Below are positions 10,118 to 22,063 of a stretch of DNA of 39,874 nt, piece by piece. The position numbers were made by a program, and so were the translations under genes. The DNA comes from Octopus bimaculoides. Taxonomy: Eukaryota. The stretch's first letter is position 1, and each line of letters opens with the position of its first letter. The notes beneath the pieces are model-generated. The model was given only the letters and a program-made list of their open reading frames with translations, was not told the DNA's origin and did no database searches. The DNA lies in NCBI RefSeq assembly GCF_001194135.2, contig NC_068982.1, positions 131,060,231-131,100,104 on the forward strand, written 5' to 3'.

Positions 10118-10838
10118 TGCAGTTTTGGGTTCACTCATACTGTAAAGCACTTTGGACAAGTGTCTTCTACAATAATGCCTGGTCAACCAATGTTTTTGTA
10201 AATGAATTTGGTAGATGGAAACTGTGTGGAAGTTTGTTGTTTGTGTGAGGGAAGGAGTTTGCTACTCAACCACATGGTTCTAGGTTCAATCCCACAGCTT
10301 GGCACCTTGGGCAAATATTTTATACTATAGCCTCAGGTCAACCGTAACTTTCTGAGTGGATTTGGGAGATGGAAACTGAAAAAAGCCCGTGTGTGTGTGA
10401 GTGTTTGTCTCCCATCACCACCACCAGCACCACCCTTGACAACCAGAGTCGGTGTGTTTTCGTTCCAGTAACATAGTGGTTTGGCAAATGAGACCAATAA
10501 AATAAGTAGCAGGCTTTACTGGGGTCATTTCATTCAACTTGAAATTCTCCAAGGCTTGTACCCCAGAGTGGTTGCAGTCTAATGACTGAAACAAGTAAAA
10601 GATAATATGTATAAATGTTTCTCTGTGTGTACATATCTGTGCGCCTTTGTTTTTGTCTTTCACTGCTTGATAACCAGTGTTGGTTTTATTAAATTCCCAT
10701 AACTTAGCAAAAAGAGACTAACTGAATAAAAACCAGAATTAAAAATAAGTGCTGGGGTCAATTTGACAGGTAAAATCTTTCAAGGAAATGCACCAGCATG
10801 GCCACTGTCCAATGATTCAAACAAGGAAAAGAGTAAAC
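10118..10838 (+). mobile_element. Cluster of three family A pieces (5' fragment, near-full copy 10255-10605, 3' half)
   Basis: Repeated GGACAAGTGTCTTCTAC / CACCTTGGGCAA, GGAAACTG, CTGGGGTCA and ATGACTGAAACAAGTAAAAG motifs. Confidence 0.75.
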
Positions 10839-11736
10839 ACCCTGAAAAACCTTGTAATAAAGTTATCTCTGCCAAATAAAATTACAGTAATTTGATTTCT
10901 TCCTTTGGCAAGGCTACATAATTTTTTTTTACATATAGTAATGTCAACTGCTTATTTTGTAGATCGCAGAAAGATGAAAAGCAAATCACAACCCCATGAG
11001 ACATAATGTTAAAATGGAGGAGAACAAAAGTAAGCAGTTAATCTAGTGCTCCACCATTTAAGACATTTTCACAGCATTTTTCAGAACAGTTAAATTGATT
11101 TCTATCAAGAAAAGATGAAATACCAATTTGAGATTTTAGGTCTGAATGGACCCTGAAAATTTCAGGTAACAAATATTCTAGCTGTGTTACATTCTTCCTC
11201 CTTAAAGTAATATTCCAAGGTAGATAGCTGTTAAAATTTATTGGAGTTACACATTAATAACTTATTCAGTATTCAGAAACCTACATCTACAGCATCTCTG
11301 TAAAAGAAGTGATGATACTCAAACTGGAACAGTCAAATTCTGCTGTTGCAAATGAAAAAAAATGAAAAAGAAAGCAACAACAGATTCAACCACTACCACC
11401 ACAACTATTATTATTATTATTATTATTATCAAAAAGTTATTGCATGCTAATTTAATTAGCAAGGATAATCCTGAAATTTGGTGGTAAGTCTCATCAAATC
11501 TCAATAATTGTTCTTAGGAATCTTACAGAATACAAAATGACACTTTTCTGCATTTTGGCAATAAGTCTCAATTCCAGTATTCATCTGCCTTTTGGGTAGC
11601 TGTGCCAATTACTACAAGGACAATCTCCACTTATTAGTGCCACAATCTCTTCACCATTCTGGCCCATTTGTCAACTTTTTTGAGATCCACTCTACTACTT
11701 ATTATCATTGTCGTTATCATCATCGTTATCATGATT

Positions 11737-11953
11737 AAGGTGACAAGATGGCAGAATCATTAGCACATTGGGCAAAATGCTTAACAGCATTTTGTCCATC
11801 TTTACATTCTCAGTTCTTATTCCACTGAGGTCAACTTTGCCATTCATCTTTCAGGGGTCAATAAAATAAGTACCAGTTGGCTACTGGGATTGAGTAATCA
11901 ACTAGCCCCTTCCCCAAAAATTTCAGGCCTTGTGCCTATAATAGAAAGGATTA
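11737..11953 (+). mobile_element. Family B SINE, near full length, in (ATC/ATT)n
   Basis: GGCAGAATCATTAGCAC...GAGGTCAACTTTGCC.TTCATCTTTCAGGGGTCAATAAAATAAGTACCAG...GGCCTTGTGCC...GAAAGGATTATT. Confidence 0.85.
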
Positions 11954-12923
11954 TTTTTATCGTCGTCGTCATCGTCATCATCATCATCATTATTATGATA
12001 ACTACTATGGCTAGCACTCTGGCAAAACAGTCATCTTTGGTTCTGAGAATTTTCACTAAATATTGACCCTTTTGAATATTTGGAAAATTATTGTATAGAA
12101 GAGTACTGGATAAGATCTATTGGGTCTGGATGAGTGTAGTTTCATTATACAACTCCCCTTTCAGAAGAGGCTAATTGTATTTTGATCTGGAATTTGTGCT
12201 GTTATTTTTTTAAATCCAATTTTTCAAATGGCAAGTGATGGTAAAATTATAATGATGGCACAAATGTTGCTGCCAACACTACAACCACATCAACATCAAC
12301 TGCAACAGCAATAAGAGCAGCAGCCTTCAGAGCACTGACAATAGCAGTAGAAGAAATCCAAGCCATTGCCAAAGTATTGAAGGGGTTTACAATGACCACC
12401 TTTCAAAGAGAAAGTCTTGCAAGTATGCTCTGCTCTCCAAACCAGCACCATTATCAACACTAATGCTGAAACAAGTGAGACAAACACCTAATTCAATCAA
12501 CGTTCATTATTACTCTCTGATTTCTTGGCAAAGGACAAGGAGAGAGCCAATCAAGCCAAAATATGGCAAACTGTCATTAGATGGGTCAAGAGGAAGAAAA
12601 GACCATAATGCCACTACAAGAAAAAAGAAAAGTGAAGAGAGAAGTGCTGTCCTCAGATAAATTTACTGAAAAGTGGTTGAGAGTGGCACGAGTGAATGGA
12701 CCACTCAAAGTATAAGCCTGTAAGTCAGAAAACAACAACTGAAGAGGGTACAAGCCCTAAGTGTTGAAGATTTTGCATGACAGGACTCATTGACTGGCTC
12801 TAGATGTCCCTCTTTTTCAGGAGAGTTACATCATATATATTTTTTTAATGTTATATACCATATACTTCATATTTTTTTATCATATTTTTTTTTATCATCG
12901 TTACAATAATGTGTTTCTCAGTA

Positions 12924-12928
<5 letters not shown>

Positions 12929-12959
<31 letters not shown>
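12929..12959. repeat. (GT)n microsatellite
   Basis: Direct reading. Confidence 0.9.
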
Positions 12960-12960
<1 letters not shown>

Positions 12961-13770
12961 TGTTGTTAGTAAACCCCACCACACACACAAACGCCCTTTG
13001 CTAGATTTTTGTCACCCTCTGTCATCACCTTTATAGCAAATAAATCATCATCCTCCTCCTCATCATTATATTTTCACAAAACATTTAAGCAAACATTACA
13101 GACTGTATAACAATGTAACAAACATTTTGACATTTGAATTAACATTTAAGATAAATAAAAGTTTGTAATAAGAAAAAAGACAATCAATATTTTATACATA
13201 AAATTTAACTAATCAATAGTAAATTAAATATAAAAACAAAACCAGTACACCAGTTTCAGAATTTTTTAAATATTTTTTTTTTTGCAATATTCATAGTCGA
13301 CCAAAGAAATTTGGACAAAATTTGCAGATCCTTACTGTCATGAGATGGGTATATATCAGCCACACAACATCTGTGTCAATCTTGCTTAATATTATATGAG
13401 AGATTTAAGGAGAACTGGCAGATCCATTTCATTCTATGTGCTCTCTAGCAAGAGATGTGATAATATGTGCATTATTCAAATATCTGCCAACTTCACCATT
13501 GGAAATATTTGGAACATTTGTCATCAGAAAAATAAAAGGAAATGCTTCAAATCTCTGAAAATGCATAATTATGTTATGATAAAAAAAAAAAATGACAAAA
13601 AAGAACCGCTAAGAAAAAATATTTTGAATTTAGGAAGCATGAAAAACTGAGCTTCAAGAAGTCAGATCAGAATCTAGTAATTTCTGGGCTATTCCTAAGA
13701 TTACCACTACAGAAGTAACAGACTTTCCTACTGCCAACAAACTCTCTATCATCATCATCATCATCATCAT

Positions 13771-14053
13771 TGTTGTTGTTTTGTTTGTTCTTTTTTGAGC
13801 CATACCTGGCTCATAAGGGCTGGTTCCCTGGTTTCATTGATGTATAGGTTCCCCACCTGGACGGGACGCTGGTCCGTCAGAGTGAGAGAAAGCTGTGGTG
13901 AAAGAGTCAGCAGAAGTTTGCCCTTACCTTCTGCTGAAGCCACATAGAGCTTAGGTGTTTCACTCATAAACACACACATCGCTCAGTCTGAGATTCGAAC
14001 CTGTGATCCCTCAACCACAAGTCCGCTGCTCTAACCACTAGGCCATGTGCCTC
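13771..14053 (-). mobile_element. Family E tRNA-derived SINE with V-like segment, inserted in a (CAT)n tail
   Basis: A box TGGCCTAGTGG (14045-14035), B box GGTTCGAATCT (14001-13991); GACGGACCAGCGTCCCGTCCAGG (13878-13856) recalls the V-SINE domain (from memory). Confidence 0.8.
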
Positions 14054-14400
14054 ATCATCTTTGTCATCATAATTTTACATTCACTTTCCATGTTGACAAG
14101 GACTGGACAAGACACCTTAGTTTGAGTCAGTTAACATTTGGCTTATTACTCTTGCAAGTGCGGCTAGGAGACCATGATTCTTTTGGTTAGTTTTCATTTG
14201 GATGGATGCCCTTCATAATGCCAACTATTTGTCAGTGAGTACGCAGTGCATTTTTTCATAACACCAACACTAGAGAGGGAGCTATGCTCTCTTCAAGACA
14301 AGACTAAAGTGTCCTCCAGGACCTTACAATGTCTCCACACATCTGCTAATCCATTTATAATGTACTAGGTGCTTTTTTTTTTTTGAGGCACTATCATTGA
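14054..14400 (-). mobile_element. Degraded family C/D-type element(s)
   Basis: Reverse complement: GTTGGCATTATGAAGGGCATCCATCC...CAACATGGAAAGTGAATGTAAAATTATGATGA; a second AGCACCTAGTACA...unit upstream. Confidence 0.5.
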
Positions 14401-14459
14401 CAAGAATGTCATACATTATTTACATTTGATGGATATTTGTCCTCATCTTGTTTGTTGTT

Positions 14460-14505
14460 AACACAATGTTTCGGCTGATATACCCTCCAGCCTTAATCAG
14501 GTGTC
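14460..14505 (-). ncRNA. Minimal type I hammerhead-like motif (degenerate copy)
   Basis: GACAC CTGATTA A GGCTG GAGGGTATAT CAGCC GAAA CATT GTGTT: stem I GACAC/GTGTT, 5-bp stem II, G8 changed to U. Confidence 0.6.
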
Positions 14506-14581
14506 TTGGGGAAATTTTGAACCTGGGTTCTCATTCCTAAAGTATTTTTCGATGTTCTTATTCTTATTCATGTCACTGCTT

Positions 14582-14636
14582 GAAATCGAACTCGGAATCT
14601 TGGGGTTAGTAGCCTGCACTGTTAGCCACTACACCA
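14582..14636 (-). promoter_or_regulatory. RNA Pol III internal promoter of family H left arm
   Basis: A box TGGTGTAGTGG (14636-14626), B box GAGTTCGATTTC (14593-14582). Confidence 0.7.
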
Positions 14637-14734
14637 TATGCCCACGGGGTATATGGTGTAGTGACCTAAATGAGAAGAAGAAGAAGAAGAAGAATACCTT
14701 AGGAATGAGAACCCAGGTTTGAAATTTCCCCAAA

Positions 14735-14779
14735 ACACCTGATGAAGGCTGGAGGGTACATCAGCTGAAACATTGTGTT
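14735..14779 (+). ncRNA. Minimal type I hammerhead-like motif
   Basis: ACAC CTGATGA A GGCTG GAGGGTACAT CAGCT GAAA CATT GTGT: intact CUGAUGA (14739-14745) and GAAA (14767-14770), stem I ACAC/GTGT. Confidence 0.65.
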
Positions 14780-15443
14780 AACAACGAATAAGATGAGGAC
14801 AAATATCCATCAAATGTAAATAATGTAAATAATGTACATAATTCCTCATCTCTTAAATATAGAAAAGTATATACTGACAGGTATGATACAATTCTTCCTC
14901 ACTAAATGTATTTTCTTAGTTATAATGTTCAACATTTCACTAATTAAATTAGATTTAGGAGAGAGACAACTGAATACCTTTTCTAAATTGATTACTTCAG
15001 CATTGCCCAACTGGTTCTTAGTTCAAACCATACCAAAGGTGATTTTTGCCCTTCATGTTTTTGAAGTTCATAAAATAATGTCCCAATATTATATTGGAAT
15101 GGATGTAATTAATTGTATTCCTGAACTATTGACCTTAAGCTTAAATAAGAAATGGTTTAAGTTATTTACTGTTGTTGTTGTTGTTTCTGTAACTTAGCCC
15201 ATTTTCTGAAATAGATACCTTTTATTTATCTTATTCTTCAAATCATTTATACTTCAAATTTAGATTAAATGGGATAATCCTCCTAAAGCTATCTAACAGA
15301 CAAACCATTCAACATATTTCAATTACAGAAAATACAAGTTTACAGCAACTGCTCCAGAAAAACGGATAAATAGAGTAGAACCTGAATTATCTTTCACATT
15401 CTTTAAGTATGAATTGCTATTTAATAGATTTGCTTTGCCTAAT

Positions 15444-15489
15444 CTCCTAGTTGCCAATGTGATTAGCTCCTAGTTGCCAATGCGATTAA
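15444..15489. repeat. 23-bp tandem duplication
   Basis: CTCCTAGTTGCCAATGTGATTAG / CTCCTAGTTGCCAATGCGATTAA. Confidence 0.9.
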
Positions 15490-15716
15490 TTGTACATTTT
15501 GAAACAAGCGCTATTGTAGAAATTCAGCTTTCTGTATTCTAGTAATTTTGAACAAGTTTGCTTATATGAAGTAAATATTTCTACTTAGAAGCAATGGTAT
15601 AGTTTGGTCAACTGAGATGAAGAGTTCTGAGCTTGCATCATTCTATCTGGCACTGAACTGTACTTGAGTGATGGGGGAAGAATGTTTATAGGCTTCTACT
15701 CTACATATCAAGCTGA

Positions 15717-15720
<4 letters not shown>

Positions 15721-15780
<60 letters not shown>
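15721..15780. repeat. Perfect (GT)30
   Basis: Direct reading. Confidence 0.97.
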
Positions 15781-15787
<7 letters not shown>

Positions 15788-17039
15788 CCTCCTTGTCATG
15801 GGCTAGCTATAATTGAAAAATCAAAAACAAACATCACCATCATCATACAAATGGAGTTCTTTTGTTTTCACTCTTCCATAAAAATTTGTCCAGCCATAAG
15901 GACATTTTTTTTTTACTATTCCAATTTATGCAAACATGATAAACAGTTATGATTTTTTTGACAATACATAGGAAAAAAATATTGAGAATTCCAGCCAATG
16001 CAGCCAATACCAGTTTCCTTGGATTCTGAATCTTATTTGCTTTAACTACAGCTAAAGGTTGCTTAGAGACAACGAAAAGCAGACATCCAAATGTCTAAAT
16101 AAGGATTTAAGGAAGACATGCAGCATGTTTTTTTTCATTTTGCTTTTTAATAGTCCATTAGATAACTTTTGGCAATTTAAAACTTAGTTGTAGCAGTTTC
16201 ACATCTTAATAATGGATTAAGGAAATAAAAAAAAAGTAGATATTCACATCATCCTGTAGGTTAGTTATAGCAAACCTATGACATGCGTATTAACAGTGAA
16301 ATGCTATGGGTTATTAGGTGGCATGCAAAACATTGAAAAGATAAAAGAAAAAAGAAATATTGTTGCAATATCATGTTACGAAATACTTATCTATTAGCAT
16401 TTACTTAAAATTACAATGTTTGTAGATCTGTAAGTAACATGCCAATAACAGGTTAATTAAAGAAGTTAAAATTTCCACATGCCAGGCTAAAAAGGTTTGC
16501 CACAATACTGTTATAGCCTAATAGTTGATATTTAAAATAAACAAAATTGTTATTGGTTAGTCCCATGCCTGATCCACAGTACCTGTGATCAAAAGTATTT
16601 TATTTTTCACCCTGAGTATCTTGACCTATGTTATCCAATATGTCCTATTTCTTTAAGATCATATGGTATGATTACATGATTTGGTTGCTGTTTCATTTAG
16701 GTCATTGACCTGTATACACAGAATATGTGTGTTGGAAAGAAGTGGAGAAAAAAGAGGAATGTAATAAAACTTATCTTGTTTATTTATTCTGCTATAACCT
16801 TGGTCTGGTTAATGCCTTGTGACTGGGATTGGTAGCTAGAAACTGAGAAGAATGTGTGCACATGCATGAGTGTATGTGTGTGTGCACATGCACGTGTGAA
16901 AGTCATTTCCATGTGTCCTCATTAATAATGCTTGAGCAAAACCAATGTCTTTGTTTACATTCTCTGGCAAACAGAAGTCCCATAGTTCCACAATCCTTGT
17001 CACTTTCAATGTTTGGGGATGGACCAGTGGAATAAAAAT

Positions 17040-17168
17040 ACCCAACTTAGAAAACAGAGGTAAAAGTTGGTAACAGGAAAAGCATCAGTCATAGAAAATC
17101 TGCCTCAACACATTTGGTCTAATTCATCCTAGCATGAAAAAAATAGATGTAAAATCTATGATGATGAT
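17040..17168 (+). mobile_element. Family D tail fragment
   Basis: GGTAACAGGAAAAGCATC...AGAAAATCTGCCTCA...AGCATG...ATGTAAAATCTATGATGATG. Confidence 0.65.
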
Positions 17169-17476
17169 TTCTTCAATGCTTCTCTGTATAATATGTCATC
17201 AGTATGAACAAATTCGTTATGCCTACATCTTTCATAGTTTGTAGTCACCACCATTTTATAATCATACAAAAGAAAATTGGATAACAACATATAAATGTTA
17301 AAACAAGGTTAGAAAATACAATGACTGGACTACTATTTTGCTTCTTAGAGGCTTAAACAGATAAAAATTTGGAATATCTGAAGTGCAAAACTTATGGGCT
17401 ATCTCTCAAACTATTGCTTAGCTAACCTCTGTAGTACATATCTATAGGTGCAGAGTAGATCAGAAATATTTAACAA

Positions 17477-17681
17477 AGGCAGCGAGCTGGCAGAAACGTT
17501 AGCATGCCGGGCGAAATGCTTAGTGGTATTTCATCTGCCGCTGCGTTCTGAGTTCAAATTCTGCCAAGGTTGACTTTGCCTTTCATCCTTTCGGAGTCGA
17601 TTAAATATAATCGACTTAATCCATTTGTCTGTCCTTGTTTGTCCCCTCTGTGTGTAGCCCCTTGCGGGCAGTAAAGAAATA
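17477..17681 (+). mobile_element. Family B SINE with 15-bp target-site duplication
   Basis: TSD AGAAATATTTAACAA at 17462-17476 and 17682-17696; CpGs retained; 27-nt internal deletion relative to the 19043 copy. Confidence 0.95.
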
Positions 17682-19042
17682 AGAAATATTTAACAAGAGC
17701 AATGGCAGCAACATGTATCTATAGAAATCCTTTATTTGGCTGCTTGACTTGCTAGAAACAGAAGTCAAATCTTCCTCAAATTACCCACTACCATTTAAAG
17801 AGAAGAGAAGGCTACACTGAATAATGTGGTCTTAGATACCCATAAAAAGATGCAGTGGTCAAAGCTGGAAAGTCTTTGATCATAAAAGTACTCAACCAGA
17901 GTTGATGAAGGTGAAACAACAATATAACACTTGGCATTTTTTCTATAGGACACCACAAGTCACAGCATGGTTAAACATCAACCATAAGATTATATAAAGA
18001 AACAGAGATCTTCCAATAAAACACACACACAAAAAAAAAATTCAAATATCTCTCAAGTGTGTGTATGGTGTGGGTGCACATGCATAATGCATGCAAGATA
18101 CAGAAGGAGCTGCTTAGGTTTTGTGTAGATGCATACCTGTCATACTCAGGAAGAGTGCATTTTTTTTTTTGCTGCATCACAAATCATCAGCTAACTCTGA
18201 TCATTGAAGATGGATGAGTACAATCCTGGATACAATCAGCATGTGTCTGCTTGAAACTTACAAAGCTGTGTTTGCATCCAAAGTACTGTATAAAGACTAC
18301 TTCTAAATCTTTCTATGTTCTGTTTACTTGTTGAAATCTATCCATCTAATAAGACATACATAAACTCACACACACAACTTATAACATTTGGAAGGTGAGG
18401 CACTGAACCCTTCAATTCCTACAAATTTCTTTCTTTGCAATATCTTAAAGGTACCTCACAGACACCCCAATTACACACACACATGCACCCGCACATGCAC
18501 GAACTAAAATTAGTTGATGATTTCAATTAATGTATTTTTTTTCATAGATTTTAATACAGAGACTGTGACTGAGGCTGCTCTACATTCAGAAGATGACTGA
18601 ATATGATCATATACTATAGTCATTGTACTGCACTTGTTGAATATATAACAGTATTTGCTTTGCTGATAGCTAAGTACTCTTCTTGTATCGTTGGTGAGTG
18701 GTTAGCATTATGAAAAAAAAAAAAAACCCAGAAATAAAAGGCACTTGTTCCAATAATTAATTCATATAAAAACAAATTATAGAACTGTTTTGCCAATGTT
18801 AGCAAGATGAGAAAAATTCAAATGTAACGTTTAAAAGAAAATGTTTATCAATTGGCTGTACATAAGTTGTTTTTGTTTAGTTTAATGTAATCCTAAATCA
18901 AGGAGACAACATTCTAGCTATGACTACTATCTTGTGTCCTTTTCCATAATTAAGATGGCAGGGTATAATATAAGGGAGTCTGGACTGCTCTTTCTAGTGG
19001 TTTGAATGACCAGATATTTGTATCTCAATATTTTATTTCTAT

Positions 19043-19244
19043 AGGGGAGGCAAGCTGGCAGAATCATTAGGAAGTATTTTGTCTGTTGTTACATTCTGAG
19101 TTCAAATTCAGCTTTCATCCTTTCAGGGTCGATTAAATAAGTACCAGTTACGCACTGGGGTCGATATAATTGATTTAATCCGTTTGTCTGTCCTTGTTTG
19201 TCCCCTCTATGTTAAGCCCCCTATGGGCAATAAAGAAATAAATG
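19043..19244 (+). mobile_element. Family B SINE with 16-bp target-site duplication
   Basis: TSD AATATTTTATTTCTAT at 19027-19042 and 19245-19260. Confidence 0.95.
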
Positions 19245-20733
19245 AATATTTTATTTCTATGAATGAAAACTGTTTGTGTAAAAAGAAAATATAAATAAAT
19301 ATAAATAAATAGCTAAATTCTTCTGTTGTTGTTTAACCCATTATTAGATTTGATAAAGTAGAACTATGACCAAAGGCGTTCCCTCAATGACCACTCCATC
19401 TTATATTTATTTATTTTGAACTACATCACCAAAGCTGCATTTTTATTATTAAGACAGTAAACTTTGATTTGAGAAGAGATTTGGTTGTTATTACAAGCAG
19501 GTAGAAGCACTCTTGTTAGTTTCTATTGTCAGTAATGCTGTCTATCTATTTATGAACACACACAAGACAAGACAAAGCAAAATAAAATTAAATTAAAAAG
19601 ATTTACTTAATTTAGATTTATGTAACCATTACTATTCCAATACATCCAATGAAATTTTTCCCTTTTATACAGTATCTTAAATAACTAGATAAAATTATTT
19701 TTATTTGCAAACTAAATTTTATAACAGATAGTTATTTTTATGCACTGCACTAACAGAATGTTTATCACAAACAGCTGACAGAGCCATTCACTTTGAGTAT
19801 ATTAAACATTTAGTAGTTTTATCTATTTATTTATTTTTATGAAAAGTATGAAATGCTTCCATCGCTTACTCAATGCATTGCATTCTAGAAATGGTGCATC
19901 GGCCAACAGACCAGCTTGGTGATCAGAAGTAACTAACTTCAAACTTAGGTTAAGTCAGTGTCTAATTCCTTCACTGCCTTTTCTCATTGGCATAATAGCT
20001 ATAATTAACCTAACACACACACATACACACACACACAGAGCTAAAAAAAGATAATGAGACAAGCAAGTTTTTAATTTCCTGTGGCCGGCAGTGGGTTTAT
20101 CTGCATTTTTATCTAGAAGGAGTCGATCTCTACTGAGTAGGAGAGAAGACAGAGTACTAGATGCAATGCACAAAATGGCTTATCTTCTCTTGCCGTTAAA
20201 AGTTTAGAAACCTGCTTCCACATTGCTGGAGGCCTGCTCCAAGATGATTCCCCCCAGTCCCACATCTACCACTACTACCACATACAAGATAATTGAGTTT
20301 GGAATTATAAACTCTTTTTGAAACAATCTAATTGTTTTGGCAAAGGTTTTGTTTTTACATATAAACCACTATTCATTTATATCATTATAAATGATTCACA
20401 ATACGACTACTTTCTTTTTCTACCACAACAATAAATAGAAGATGGATTCATGGCAATGGACCAGTTGGTTGTAGTTTAGCTTTCTGCTACTTATTGTCTT
20501 TTTTCTTTCTTTTTTTTTTTATTATAGACAACTATCATTAACTTTAAGATGTTCTACTTATAATAATTACCAAAAAAAAAAAAAAAGTGATGATAATGAT
20601 GATAAAATAATAATAATAATTTATCACATCAGCAAAAGGTTACAAATTTTAGATTGAACCAGCCCTGGTACATGACTGGTACTTTATCACTTGATCCCAA
20701 AACGAGGAAATGGCATCAATGATAGCAGGATAT

Positions 20734-21112
20734 GAGTGGCTGTGTGGTAAGTAGCTTGTTACCAACCACATGGTTCAGGGTTCAGTCCCACTGCGTGGTA
20801 TCTTGGGTAAGTGTCTTCTACTATAGCTTCGGGCCGACCAAAGCCTTGTGAGTGGATTTGGTAGACGGAAACTGAAAGAAGCCCGTCGTATATATGTATA
20901 TGTGTGTTTCTGTGTTTGTCCCCCTAGCATTGCTTGACAACCGATGCTGGTGTGTTTACGTCCCCGTAACTTAGCGGTTCAGCAAAAGAGATCAATAGAA
21001 TAAGTACTAGGCTTACAAAGAATAAGTCCTGGGGTCGATTTGTTCGACTAAAGGTAGTGCTCCAGCATGGCCGCAGTCAAATGACTGAAACAAGTAAAAA
21101 GAGTAAAAAGAG
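20734..21112 (+). mobile_element. Family A SINE, near full length, young
   Basis: GAGTGGCTGTGTGGTAAG...GGGTTCAGTCCC...CTTGGGTAAGTGTCTT...CAGCATGGCCGCAGTCAAATGACTGAAACAAGTAAAAAGAG. Confidence 0.92.
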
Positions 21113-21180
21113 ATGTAAAAGAATACTGTGGGGCACTTCATCTGGCACCCTACCATTTCTCCTACACCTAGCATTACTGT

Positions 21181-21375
21181 CATCATGATCATGATCATTT
21201 TTATGTTCGCTTTCATTTCTAGCTTTGGCTGGGTGAGTCAGTGTTTACCTGAGTTAGTTCTTATTTAGAAGTCACTGTCTACCTAGTTAAGTCAAAATGA
21301 TCTCACTTAAAATATTCCATTTCCGGTAGGATTTTTACAGCTGGATGACCTTCCTTAATACTAACTTACAGTGAT
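21181..21375 (-). mobile_element. Degraded family C/D-type tail
   Basis: Reverse complement: GTATTAAGGAAGGTCATCCAGCTGTAAAAATCC...GAAAGCGAACATAAAAATGATCATGA. Confidence 0.5.
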
Positions 21376-21644
21376 GAATTGAGATGATTGGGGTGTGGAT
21401 GTTTGAGAGCTGATGATTTGGCACAGCTGACTGGACATTCAACATGCTGTGGTAACAGCACACTTTGGTACTTGAGGTGCGTGCACATGCAAACACACAG
21501 ATGCACACACACAAGCATGTGTACACAAAATATACACAGAGAGAGACAGACAGACAGACTACACATACAAACAAACATATCTAGATGCTCACACAAGTTG
21601 CAATGCACCTATGCACTGTATACAATAAGTTCATCATCATCATC

Positions 21645-21679
<35 letters not shown>

Positions 21680-21685
21680 CATTAT

Positions 21686-22054
21686 TATTACCTCCGCCTT
21701 TGGTAAGGCGGACGCATTGTTTTCAGTCGTGTTTTTGTTTGTTTGTCCATGGACAAGATATTTCAAGAACTGCTGGATGGATTTGGATGAAACTTTCAAG
21801 GTGTTTGGCCTCATGACTGGCACAAACTGATTAGATTTTGGGATAAATCCGGTACCAGACAAGAATTCTAGATTATTTTTTCTGTTTTTTTTTTTTTTTT
21901 TTACTTAACTTTTGAGAGCAGTCAGGTTTATTTTTAGTATTCTTGTTTGTGAGAGTAGTTGAGTTTATTTCAGATATTCTCATTTTAAAAATTATTTCTG
22001 GTTAATCATTGAGAGGACATTGGTGTTGCCTTGGCGGAGGATTGCGCTCACTGG
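21686..22054 (+). mobile_element. Family G, Helentron-associated (HINE/DINE-1-like) element, copy 1
   Basis: 5' TTACCTCCGCC with hairpin TCCGCCTT-TGGT-AAGGCGGA (21693-21712), (GTTT)n, 3' subterminal CCTTGGCGGAGG (22029-22040) then GCGCTC; sits in (ATT)n. Confidence 0.75.
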
Positions 22055-22063
22055 TATTATTAT

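Larger units (their letters stand above)
14412..14864. mobile_element. Family H: head-to-head inverted pair of tRNA-headed arms, each with a minimal hammerhead motif
   Basis: 14412-14643 is the reverse complement of 14647-14827 apart from a 53-nt deletion and the linker; tRNA(Arg)-like head on the left arm. Confidence 0.88.

Noticed and set aside
13325-13530. Minus-strand IILSKIDTDVVWLI, reminiscent of the DTDV motif of some transposon nuclease proteins
   Set aside because: Two nearby stops, wrong spacing to the expected upstream EEAD-like motif, and no other support.
14570-14643. tRNA genes at the family H and family E heads
   Set aside because: A and B boxes are present but the acceptor and anticodon stems do not close and the sequences continue into SINE bodies.
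18262-18285. Possible 24-nt minus-strand microexon (CTTTATACAG ... GTAAGT)
   Set aside because: Short pyrimidine tract, TTT before the donor, and no coding evidence; such pairs are expected by chance in 40 kb.
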